DNA of 64,000 nucleotides, from positions 21,762,001 to 21,826,000 of the forward strand of contig NC_047026.1 of assembly GCF_902652985.1 (NCBI RefSeq), written 5' to 3'. Made by a program: the position numbers and the translations under genes. This document shows, piece after piece, positions 1-12,200 of the stretch (the first letter of the stretch is position 1; every line of letters begins with the position of its first letter). Origin of the DNA: Pecten maximus (Eukaryota). The notes below the pieces were generated by a model, which worked only from the letters and a program-made list of their open reading frames with translations, searched no databases and had not been told where the DNA came from.

Positions 1-2390
1 TAAAATGATATTTAGTATCAATAGTTAACAAATCAACGGAGGATTTGTCAGCCTTAGAGTATTTTTTGTTAAAATCTAATTTAAGTTTCTGTCTACAAAC
101 AAATATTTTTTATTCCTCAACAGTATATAATTATCAACTTCAAAGCGGATTCCGTCAAAGCGATCCAGTTGCACAATGAATATTTTTATTTCAGCAGATA
201 TTTTAAGATTGTGATTAAACCATTGAAATGTATTCATTACTAAATTCCCAGAACAGTGGTGTTACTTTTCTCACTTTAGACTGAAAAAATATGGTTTGCA
301 AAATTGTTATGACATACTACAATGAATAAAAACGCTAAATGGACTCATTAAAATTTGGAGTAGAAAAAATTCAACGCAATACCCGAGTTCAGACTTGCAC
401 TATCACTCCCATCTTCGCTAGCCAAGGCTTCTGATTACGTTACACTCCACGAACCCTTGGCAAATATAGGCGTCAGTTCTGGCCCTCTAGCGGAGATTCA
501 AAATTACCACTCTTTACGCATGAACTTTTCGACCAATCAAAACGAGCGTTACCAATTTACTTCATCTGTGATGTTTACAAACACACACGGAGGCTTGTGT
601 CGTTTCGATGAGATATGTGATCAATGACTTAAATAAATTTATCAAACACTGCGAATGTTTCCCTACAGATTGTATGTCTCTGTATTTAGGTAAACTGCCA
701 TGACATAGTCGACAAGGTAGCTCTGTACTGGGTGCCGCAATTTTTGTTTACTGCAAAACCAAGCCTGAATGTAAAACGCGATTTGATTGGGTGCCCTGGG
801 ATTCCAGGGCGCGACGGTTTGAACACAACTATATCCGCCAAGGGTTCGTGGAGTGTAACGTAATCAGAAGCCTTGGCTAGCGAAGCTTATACCTCTTTAG
901 TTGGAGGAGGTAGTATATGACGCCCATGGGTGTACCTGTGTAGAGCTTGAATCGGAAGGGAGTCGGTGAGACCCACCGATACGAGTCCTGACCTAGAGTT
1001 GATCCCTACATTAACTGGAGTTTAACGACACGATTGCGATACGTAGGACGTTTTCATACTTTCTCATTATTTGGTATCTTTTTTGTGTACCGGGTTTTTG
1101 AAGAAAAAACAGTTATCGATATTCTTCATTTCTCGATATGCATGAACATTTAAGTATAACTGAGATGTGTCACGCAAGTCTAAAAGGCATCAAAGTAATT
1201 GTTTTACTTCTACTGGAACAATGCAGCATGCATTCACAGTATATTACATTGTTCTGGCCCTATCAAGCGGCAATTCAGAAGTGTATTTTAACTCCTTTTT
1301 GAAGAGCTTTTATTTTGGAAATAGATTCGAAAATTGGGCATTGGTAGATTTAATTGAATTGAATATTTGCTTACATCCTAATTTAATCATTTGTTTCTTT
1401 ACCAAATCCATGTATTACTGTTATTAAAAAAAATTCACTCACTAAAAAAGAGATATAGCAATTTTTGAAAAAAATATTTAGGAGGTTTAAAAATGCTATC
1501 TTGAATATGATTACAAAAAACTTTCTGCAAATGACAGGTATACCCTTATTTACATTTATTAACATTGACGTATTGTGAAGATGATTACATAAATAAATGC
1601 ATAACAATTGGTAAAACCAGAGACATCTATATATACTTCTCTGGTAGAACTGATTTTTGAATTAAGGATGTTATATTTGCAGCGTTTTAAAAGAGAACAA
1701 CTCTTGCATCTTTCAAAATCACGTCTATGATATTATCCGGAAGTTGGGGACCAATTTATTTTCTTTAGAGACTGGTACAAGACAACCTGGTAATAGACTC
1801 CTACTCTACTAATCAGGAAGTTATCAAGACGTATCATCATTGATGTTAATTTTCAGCAAGATAATAGTATTGGCCTGCTGGCATCTGTTGAGAAATTCTT
1901 TGAGGCAAAAGCTGTTCCAATTCAAAGAGCTTTATTCCTGTACATTCCAAAACTATTGATTTTTTTCTGAATACAAAAGGGGTTAAAGATATTTTTAACA
2001 TTTACATTTGAAAAAAGTCGGAAAAATCACGCGGGAATTGGGTCTTGTAGCAAAATTCGTTAACAATACGTGGGGGAGATAATTGTATTACCTTTCTTGG
2101 TAGCTAATAACACATAACTAGTATTTGTTTCAGTTTCGTGTTATATAATAACAAAAAGCAACATGTTATTTAAAGAGAATCGTCTTCCAATTCCTATATG
2201 TGTATTATATTTCACAGCATGGGAAACCATTATTCGCAGCGAAAGGAAATATCAAGAAGTTTACAAACTACTGGAAACCTGGAAAGATTAGTTAATAGCC
2301 TTACTCTTCCTTTCTCTGTGAATACAATATTTGGAGTATTAAATCAAACTTATTGATATGGCAGAGTTGATAATAAAATAAATTTATTTA
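1..2390 (+). pseudogene. Heavily decayed L1/Tx1-like LINE remnant (interrupted by a MITE)
   Basis: Degenerate RT-like patch near 140-200 (GFRQSDPVAQ, compare RGCRQGDPLSP) and AT-rich AATAAA end near 2372-2390; many stops and frameshifts. Confidence 0.3.
410..885. mobile_element. MITE (non-autonomous DNA transposon), copy 1, ~50-bp TIRs
   Basis: CTTCGCTAGCCAAGGCTTCTGATTACGTTACACTCCACGAACCCTTGGC and its reverse complement ending at 885; closely similar to the copy at 14472-14949. Confidence 0.9.
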
Positions 2391-2724
2391 TTTGAATACG
2401 TGTAGTCTTGCAAAACATATGTGCATTGTCTTATCTATTTTTAAATAATTTCCGCACTTCAAATTTCATTTCTTTTTTTTTCTTTTCAAACTGATCTTAG
2501 CACAAATCACCGTCACTTTTTAAATTCAAAACAAACATTCAATTTTAGAGATTGTTGTTTTTATGGTATTATTGTGTGTTTTTTTCAGAAGGACAACAGC
2601 AGAATTTTCCTCTTCCGCTAGCGCTCGCACCAATTGCTGCACTTTGTAAGAATGAATCAAATTCTTCATTTGTTTAAAAGTTACTATATGCTTAACGTGT
2701 TTATGTGTGTAGGGGGTGGGGTGG

Positions 2725-2726
<2 letters not shown>

Positions 2727-2792
<66 letters not shown>
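2727..2792. repeat. (CT)n microsatellite
   Basis: Uninterrupted CT/TC run of ~65 bp. Confidence 0.97.
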
Positions 2793-2798
<6 letters not shown>

Positions 2799-4431
2799 GT
2801 TTTATTTTTGTATTATTATGTAATCATTTCAGTGGCAGCAAGGGGGGATACCCCGATCTTTCCCCCGATCTGGCCGCCGACGATACCCGGTCCCCTCAGT
2901 AAGTAATGCCGTGGTGATACAGACAAACCTAGAGTACATGTATATGTAGTCTTTATTATATGTAATTCTTCACGGTAATTACTTAAAACCGTTCACATAT
3001 ACGTTATATGCTACTTTATTGACAGGACGCTTGGTGTAAACAAATCCAAAGTGTACACCGTAATTTTCCATAGTTTTCACTATGTTATTTTGTCATTTAT
3101 AACCATAATGAAAAGGCCAAATAAATAAACTTTTGCTACACATCGCAAATTTACAATGCACCCATATCACAAATTAGCTTGTATTTCGTTTTAATTCATT
3201 CGTTATTTATCCATTAATTTAGTATAATCATCTGACGGAAAAAAGAACTAGATGAATTTATGTTGTTAATATAAAATGAGTACAATGTATAATTAGAAAT
3301 AACGAAACAATGCACATGTATACAAAGAAAGCCGACATGGGATAAGAATGAAAGCACAGCGAGCGTTTTGTTTATGAGCTACCAAATTGTTACAGTTTTC
3401 CGCCCATGTTGGGGTATTTTTAAAACATGACTGTGGACACTTTTACATATCGTTAATAAGGGAAAATCTTAATTCTATGTTATGACATTATTTTCAGAAA
3501 GAAATAAAAAAAAGAATGAAAATGATATTTACAATATAGTTTTCTTGACATTTACACTGTATCTATCGTGTTCCGTTTCTTGTCATTTTTATACGTATTA
3601 CGTACATAATACCACATTGATATACAAACAAACTAATAGCATGAAATTAAAAATAAATATTTGATAATCGCCTAGATATTATGGTTTTTCCATTGATATC
3701 AATTGTGTCCTTGTAAAATTACAAAATTTTAATATTTAATGATAAAAATCAAAGGGGGTAACAAACCACCTTGCTGGAGATACGCTTACGGACCAGTTAC
3801 TTTATTCGAAACTGTTAAGGAAGAATGTCAAAATGAGTATCAAAGATGTCTTTGATAAACAAAAATGGGCACGCATGATGATACAAGACCGATTGAGAGG
3901 ATTTGATTGAGATTTTGCGACAGACTAAACTTACTTGTGCGTTATATAGCACTTCCAGATAAAAAGTACAATAAGATAGTTATTAATAGATATAAGTTAA
4001 CTAGAGTAAATAAAATACAAGTTACATCTGCAATTCTTATATTCTCAATGAAACACTATTCTCGGGAGTCGCAGTGAAGCATGCTAACTTCAGACTTATC
4101 AAAATTTATCAGTCAAGGTTAAATGGTAAAACGTCACGTTGTGCTATGTTTGAAAGCTTGAATGAGTATAAACCGAAAATCGCGTTTACAAAAGTTACAA
4201 ATCACTTATTTACATATACTGTTTCTATTTATTGCAGTACCCTCGAGCTGTTTTTGTTCGGTGCAATGTCTCCCCCATTATCGACATTTAAATTTTGAAT
4301 GTGGACGAATCGTGCCTTTGATTGGACTAGGTGGCTTTACGAGTAGGGCAGTCCGAAGGTTTTGGTGTTGTCCGGTTACTTTTCGGAAATAGGAATCCAT
4401 ATTTGGATACAGGAAATTATAGAACATGCTA

Positions 4432-4819
4432 ACATTCTGATCACGTGGGTACATTAAAAGTGAACACATTGATCACGTGAATATATTAAAAGTGGACACA
4501 TTGATCACGTGAATATATTAAAAGTGGACACATTGATCACGTGAATACATTAAAAGTGGACACATGGATCACGTGAATACATTAAAAGTGGACACATTGA
4601 TCACGTGAATACATTAAAAGTGGACAGTTTGATCACGTGAATATATTAAAAGTGGACAGTTTGATCACGTGAATACATTAAAAATGGACACATTGATCAC
4701 GTGAATACATTAAAAGTGGACACATGGATCACGTGAATACATTAAAAGTGGACACATTGATCACGTGAATACATTAAAAGTGGACACATTGATCACGGGA
4801 ATACATTAAAAGTGGACAT
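4432..4819. repeat. 32-bp minisatellite (~12 copies), TTGATCACGTGAATACATTAAAAGTGGACACA
   Basis: Direct inspection; nearly every unit carries TCACGTGA. Confidence 0.95.
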
Positions 4820-5694
4820 ATCTGTAACGTTGGCACTATAATTGCATATCTGTGAAAAATCTTCAAACGCAGTCAATCTTCATACATGTACAATAATAAT
4901 GTTAAAATGATTGACACGTATATATATGCTATTCAATATTTAACACGGAAATTATAGTCAGAACATTTTGATATTAAAGTTCACGTGGATATTCATAAAT
5001 TAACAGGAACAACAAAAATTATTTTAAAACTCGTTGCCATCCTCATTAAATTTGTATTTGGTTCTCGGAGATTTGTAGATGATATCCAAATAAAAGATAC
5101 AGATAATCTCGTGCTGTCCTGTTTGTGTGTTACATGTAGAGGACGCATCACAATATATACTTTTAACTTTAAAGACTGTCAAGATTTAAATTGTCTGAGT
5201 TGTGCGATCAAATCAATCATAACTTTATCATAATTACACGAGATTTGTGATTAGTGTGGTAATTCAATTAATGGAAAAGAAAAACAACTCCATAACTGTT
5301 AATAATTCCTAGAGGAAAGAACTCATATACATGTGAATGTATCTAATTAAACATTAGACCCACAACTCAATGCCGATTACCGTGAGGGCTTTCCAAGACT
5401 GGTCTTCTACATGTACATACTGTTTCTTTACTCGACGGTTCCACAAACATGTATATCGAGATTATTCGTCTATGGCAGCCGATATGTGCCAATTCGTTAT
5501 TTGATCCTACTCAAAATATCGGTATTTGCCGTCTTTTCGCCCCTAGTCGCGAAACCATTTTCATCGTCTTGTTGCTGCGAAAAGATGACAATTATCGTGG
5601 CCGTGCCCCGCGACACGAAAGAATGCGTTAAGGAAGACCATCATTATCGCGTGTCATTTGACTGCGACTTTTTTTCGTTCTGGTGCTAAGAAAG

Positions 5695-5895
5695 GACGAT
5701 GTTTAGCGGGGTGAAATAATGTAACACTGGAATATAAGCCGAAAAAACGATGTTTAGCGAGATGAAGTAATGTAACACCTGAATGTAGGCCGAAAAGACG
5801 ATGTTTAGCGGGTTGAAACAACGTAACACTGGAATATAGGCCGAAAAGGCGATGTTTAGCAAGGTGAAATAACTTAAAACAGGATTATAGGCCAA
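5695..5895. repeat. 51-bp tandem repeat (~4 diverged copies)
   Basis: ACGATGTTTAGCG..GTGAAATAATGTAACACTGGAATATAGGCCGAAAA; 17-aa periodicity in the spurious ORF 5686..5895. Confidence 0.85.
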
Positions 5896-6097
5896 AGAAG
5901 AACTTTATTTGAATCCAACATGTGCACATGTCGCTAAAGCAACACTGCTTTGGTTGGAAAATCAATATATAATGAGTAATGTCCTTCGTCTGCCTGTGTC
6001 ACGGTGACGTCATCGATTAGTGGCCATGCTGACAGAACTAGCCAGACACCATCATCTTTCGATGTAAACGCATTATGGTCGGATGTTTCAGCACGTT

Positions 6098-6276
6098 TTA
6101 ATCCAGAAAATTTGGCATAAAGGGTAGGAAACGTAGTATTTTGGAGTGTTTGTATTTTTCAAAGAAAATAGGATTATATATTTCATATCCTTCATTGAAT
6201 TCTGACGTATTGGTAAAATCTGTGTTGGTATCGTCTGGTGTCTCCCAGGCCGCGATACCTCGCTCCTCCCTGGTAC
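6098..6276 (-). CDS. SLC23 last coding exon (GTREERGIAAW...ILRFLPFMPNFLD*)
   Basis: GTREERG motif; TAA stop at 6098-6100. Confidence 0.88.
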
Positions 6277-9200
6277 CTGACGAACAAATGTATTAAAAAG
6301 AGTTTAATTCAACTAAGTTATGACAAGACGAGGAAGCTGCCATTTTATAAATAGGGATTTTTTTTTCAAAACAATTAAACGTTTTCTGCAGTCATTGGTA
6401 ATACTGACTCGGTATCTTGTCTGTCATAAATACATTTTGATTTTGATGAAGTCTTTCTAAATATGATACATTATCTACTCTTTCATATATTGAATGTTGT
6501 AAGTTCAAAAAATTATCTCATGCAATATTGTATATATTTAAAGTGAGATTCAGCTGAAATGACCAAAGGTTAGCCTACCTGGAATCGTATTATCAAGGAA
6601 GCACGCTAGGACACCACCAGCGAGATTAGGGTTCCCTAGCAACATCATGATGACGTCATCTGCGTCTCTACTACCTAAAGAAGTATACAGAAATTGTGAG
6701 AGCTCCGGAATTAATTTCCTTACAACATTATTATACTATTATTATATCTACCATGACAATTCAACCTAGGGCAAATATTGAGGAATTTTGTGTTAACACT
6801 ATTTAAAACACTATAAACTTGAAGAGCATAGTAATGGCTGAAAATGCACTAGATGTGTTTGATCTATGACGTCACATGACGAATGTTGTCGATTAAGCAG
6901 AAGACGCGTACCCTCCAGGAACACGTTGCTGTATTAGCATTTGAAGTTTTGAAATTTCTTCTTTTAAAAAAATTATATATTGTTGTGATTTTCCTTCGCG
7001 TTATCGGTTCTGATTAGAATTACAATTTTGTTAAGTTACTGGTATTTGTATCTGCCATGCCCAGGCGTATTGACAATTAATTTGAGATTGATCATATCAT
7101 ATGATTGTCATATATCATCACTCGGATATCATAAATCATCTCTTTGCTTTGCCTGCATCACCTGTGTTAATGACGTCATCATACGTCTGCACCCAGTGAG
7201 GGATCATCAGACCAACAAGTAGAGAGGTTCCGATGATCGTGACGTTCCGAGTGGACGATAAATCTACATGTTTAAGATTGGACAGGACGACGCCATTGAA
7301 AGCGCCAAACATGACGATGAGAACTCCGCCTAGCACCGGGTACGGTATGGTGATAAAAACAGCTGATACTTTTCCGATGACGCCGAATATGATGTAGATG
7401 AGGGCAACAGTTATAAATACATACCGACTTCCAACCTGAAAAATAGATACATTGTATATAAACATGTATCAATCATTCGGAATGAAATCAAGCCAATAAA
7501 TTACAGCAGTACGAAAGCCGATTACTGCTCAAATAGTTTGTCGTAATAACAACATAATTATCTCGTAATTACGACTTAGTTACCTCGTAATTACGACTTG
7601 GCATTGTATATTACGACCTGGTTATCTCGTAATTACGTCTGTAAATAATATGTTCATATACAAGTGTGCACGGTGAACATGTATAATCTCTGTTGGTATC
7701 CCATTTTCATTGTTTCGTAATTTATTTAAGTATTGTCCCCCTTGTCAGACATATGGCCCCTATTGACACAGATTGAAGTCTCCTAAGGGAACATACCTTT
7801 TTCAGACCTATTTCACATACTGACACAGCTTGAAGTCTACTGTACATACCCTTGTCAGACCTATGACGTCTACATACCCTTGTCAGACCTATGACGTCTA
7901 CATACACTTGTCAGACCAATGAAGTCTATTAACACTGTTTTAAGTTTACTGTACATACCCTTGTCAGACATGACGTCTATTAACACTGTTTTAAGTTTAC
8001 TGTACATACCCTTGTCAGACCTAGGACGTCTATTAACACTGTTTTAAGTTTACTGTACATACCCTTGTCAGACCTATGACGTCTATTAACACTGTTTTAA
8101 GTTTACTGTACATACCCTTGTCAGACATGACGTCTATTAACACTGTTTTAAGTTTACTGTACATACCCTTGTCAGACATGACGTCTATTAACACTGTTTT
8201 AAGTTTACTGTACATACCCTTGTCAGACCTATGACTCCAACGTTACCCCCGTACGTTGTAGTCGCGTGTCCACAACCAACAACCCCTGAAAGGGCACTAC
8301 ATAATCCTTCAATGGCGATACCGCGGTTAACGCCCTGTGCAGGAGGCGGGGGAACATTGCAGGTGGCAGCGCATGCGTAGTAATCACTTATAGAATCCAA
8401 TATCGAAACAATTGTTGCAACACAAAATCCAACAAATGCCGATATGCTGAAGTTGATTTTTCCAAACTGACCTAAAGGGAAAAAATGTTTCTTGTTAAAG
8501 GCACAGGCTAGAAACGTCCTTTTTAATATCATATCGCCACATAACCTATCTGGACTAATGGTTGCACAAGTAGTATATTGATTACAAAAACTGAACAATG
8601 TTTAACATATGTGAGGGAAATATAAAGAGGTATTAAAGACGTATTCCAATGATAAATCTTGCAATTGTAAAGAGACTAGTATCTTTGTTTTCTTCCCATT
8701 GATGATACTTTACAAAATATTTTCAGGAAGTACTTCGGACTTTTGGACGTGCATCATACTTGACTCTTTTGGCTTAGACTATGTCCTATATATTTGATTT
8801 ACATTAGTTTAAGGTGCAGTATCACAATAATGAGGAATCAGACGACCTTAATTCTAAGATTTGTTTACCTTTCCCCACGAACACCATACCACCTTTTATG
8901 GCGATTGCATACCGATCGATTGGCTGCATTAAAATCTAAAGTCACATGAAAACAGGATATACAAATGACAAGGAAACTTAAGGTCAATTATAGTGTCATC
9001 ATACTGTCATAACCTGGCCAAGGAAGCACAACATCCAACCCTGTAACAGTATAAATGTTATATTTTTGACCCGTTGATTAGGCATACAAGTGTATCTACC
9101 GGATCCGCTTTTATCTACGACGATGAAACAGTCATATAGTTCCATTGTTTTGTGTTACTGTGCCTTAATTACAAAATGGTTTGAGAAAAGACTAATTGAT

Positions 9201-12200
9201 ATTTGTATTCACCACCGCCACCCACGTTTTCTTAATTGGTTTCAGTTGATGGTATTTCTTTTTTATTACTGGCAGTCTCGTAATTTTTATCTATGTACCT
9301 GTACTGTTTTGTTTATCGACGCAGTGGTGTTTTTTTATTATCATCATTCTACTTTGCGGGTGCTAGAGTAAAAATGAATTGCTTGAGGTCTATATTAAAG
9401 ATGGCCACCCCGGAAGTAGATATACCTGATGTCTATTTTTATCCTATTTTACGTATAGCCAGTGACATTCTTATTTTGTTATTTGAATCAAACCTTTTTT
9501 TAAGGACGTTGGGCTATCGTGTTGTTGGATACCTACTGTGGACCTACCAATGATTAATGGAAATGACGTTATAGGGGGAATACGTCAATCGGTGTATACG
9601 GCGAGTCAGAATGTAGACTGTACGACAGGTAATTGGTTCACTGTAGACTTTACCTGGATAGGGAAAGTAGAACCAGCTGGCCCGATTGATGACGTCAACC
9701 CTTGTGTCTGTCCTGGAGTAATAGTCTTGACTATCCCGGCTCGTGCTGAACACCCCGGACGCTGTCAGTATGCCACACAGTAACCAACCTGTTACCAGAG
9801 CTATCAGGATCTGTGTATAGAATACGGCTATACGGTAATTATCAAATATTATTATAAAATAAATAATCATTTTTTGCTGTTTGTTCACAGAATGAAACTT
9901 TCTAATTCGTCTACTACCCCTGACCACTTAATTACATCAATGTTTGTCCATGATCATGTTAAAAAAGTACAACATAGGTGATCAATTATCCACACCCAAA
10001 AATAATAAGGAACAGCCGGGTAGACTGCCTCCACATGAATCCTTAAATAAACACGGATGTTGATTTAAACCCATACCATACCATAACATATCCGGAATAT
10101 CCATAGGCAAATTATCAGGAATGCAAAGCGTCACCGACAGATTTAATATATACATAACAAAGGTCAAACTCTATACTCTATAACAAAGATCAAATAAAAA
10201 ACACGTTGAACATCGAATATAAATACATATAAAAACAAACAATAGATCATTAACAATAAAATGTTTGGCAGCAGAATTTGTTAATATTACAAGTATTACA
10301 ACATTACACATTTACTTCAAACTAGAAAAACCAAACATGTTCAAGTAATAAGTATAAGATCCTCTGATATTGTATAACAAAAGGGGTTTTAAAGGTGGAT
10401 TCGTGTAGGCAAACAGGACACTATTGAAGAGTACTAGGCTTTTGTAGACATAACACCATTTTGGGGGTTTGATCGAAGATCTAACACCTTTTTAGAAGTA
10501 CTATGGTAGATCTCACATCTACCATAGTAACATAGTAGGAGTTCTGTTGTATTTCAATATTTTAAAATCATATTAACTATATTTCGTTTTGTTATTGTCG
10601 TATAAAGAATCACTGGTGTTAAATGTATTCATTCTGTTGTGTATTTGACACTGTATAGTACTCTGCTCCTTGAATAGGTTAAATAGTAAAATATTGTTTT
10701 CTTTTGAAACTATTTTTAATGGTTAATTCTAATACTGCTTGGGTAACTGAGATATGCTGTTTCCAATGTTACCCGACAGCGTTAGTAGGTAGTGATTGGA
10801 ATATTCGAGTTTTGACTTACATACATGTACCTCATGATAACCTGTTGTTGGTTATTCACAGTTTTTTCACTGTAAAATGTTTTTTTCTGAGAATATATAA
10901 CCACAAAATGCAAGTCTTACATTTAAATGATGTTATACTTCTAAGCCCAAAGTAATTTTACTCGTATAATACTACTGCAATGAATCTGTCAGTGTATCCT
11001 CGCTTTCGTTTTTGGTCGGTTAGACAATAGCTGTCGTGCAGACAGGGTCACGTTTCAGTGTTTCCGTTGGAGGGGTCACTACTCTTTGTCAAAAACTTCC
11101 GATCTAAGGAATAGTCCATGTAAAATGATATTTGAAATTTTGATACTTGCTTGTCACACGAATCATTGAGTCTAAGTAAATTAGCAAGTGTTTGTTTGTT
11201 GTACTTACAATGAAACAAATGCTAATAAATGCAAGCAAAAAAAAAGCCAAAGTAACATATCAATACACCATTCATGACTTCCGGTTGGTGTAGCTGTGTA
11301 CCACTACATGTGTGTCGTCTGCTACAAATTGTCCTAGTCTCTTTGTATATTATGCACGTACTTGTGCGTTCGGTAGGACGTTGATAATATTGGTCATAAA
11401 TGATATGTGGTAGAGTTAAAATTAGATAATTCAGTTTAATAAGGTTTATTGGTTTTAAGAGTTACTAATCATGTTATGGGTCTGAAGCGAGATTATCATG
11501 TGCTCAACTGTAACATTGTATGCACGTGTCACAGTATACGTACTAGGCTATAGCTAGCTAGTTTAATCACCTTGAAAAGACATTAATTTCAAGTAGGAAC
11601 ACTGTCCCCGAATAACATTCCGGGCTAGTGGTGTCAAGATACGTTAAGGCTACAACTGCATAGTGTATGAAACTTTTCCTACAGCGACATAAATAAAATA
11701 TATAATTATTGATAAACTATTTGTCAATTTAAGAAATCGGTGAATTACTAATATTGTTTTTATTTAATTATGTATTATTGATCAGTTAATAAGTAGAGTA
11801 TAATGTTATAATACAACTACATATACATGTATTTTGATGAAGTTTGCTAGGTACAATGTACATGTATTTGAACCAAGTGAAAATCATTTCCTCCAATTCA
11901 AATAACAGTAACAATTTATAAAATTGACATTTGCTTATAAAGATAAATCATTAGGATATCAATACTGCATTCTTTATTGTCAAAAAGGCAATTTTGAAGC
12001 AAAGAATATTTGGAACTGGTTGAATTATATATACATGTATATAAATTGTCAAGACTGTATTGGATCTTTGAATTTTTAAGGATAATTAGTATATGCGTGT
12101 ATAATAATCCGTTTTGTATGCATCTCTTGTTGTTGAATCTAATGTCTTGATTATCCTTAAAACTTTCATTAAAAAAAGCAGTCATTGCCCATTTATTCCT

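Noticed and set aside
2634-2906. SLSLSL ORFs
   Set aside because: Translation of a (CT)n microsatellite.
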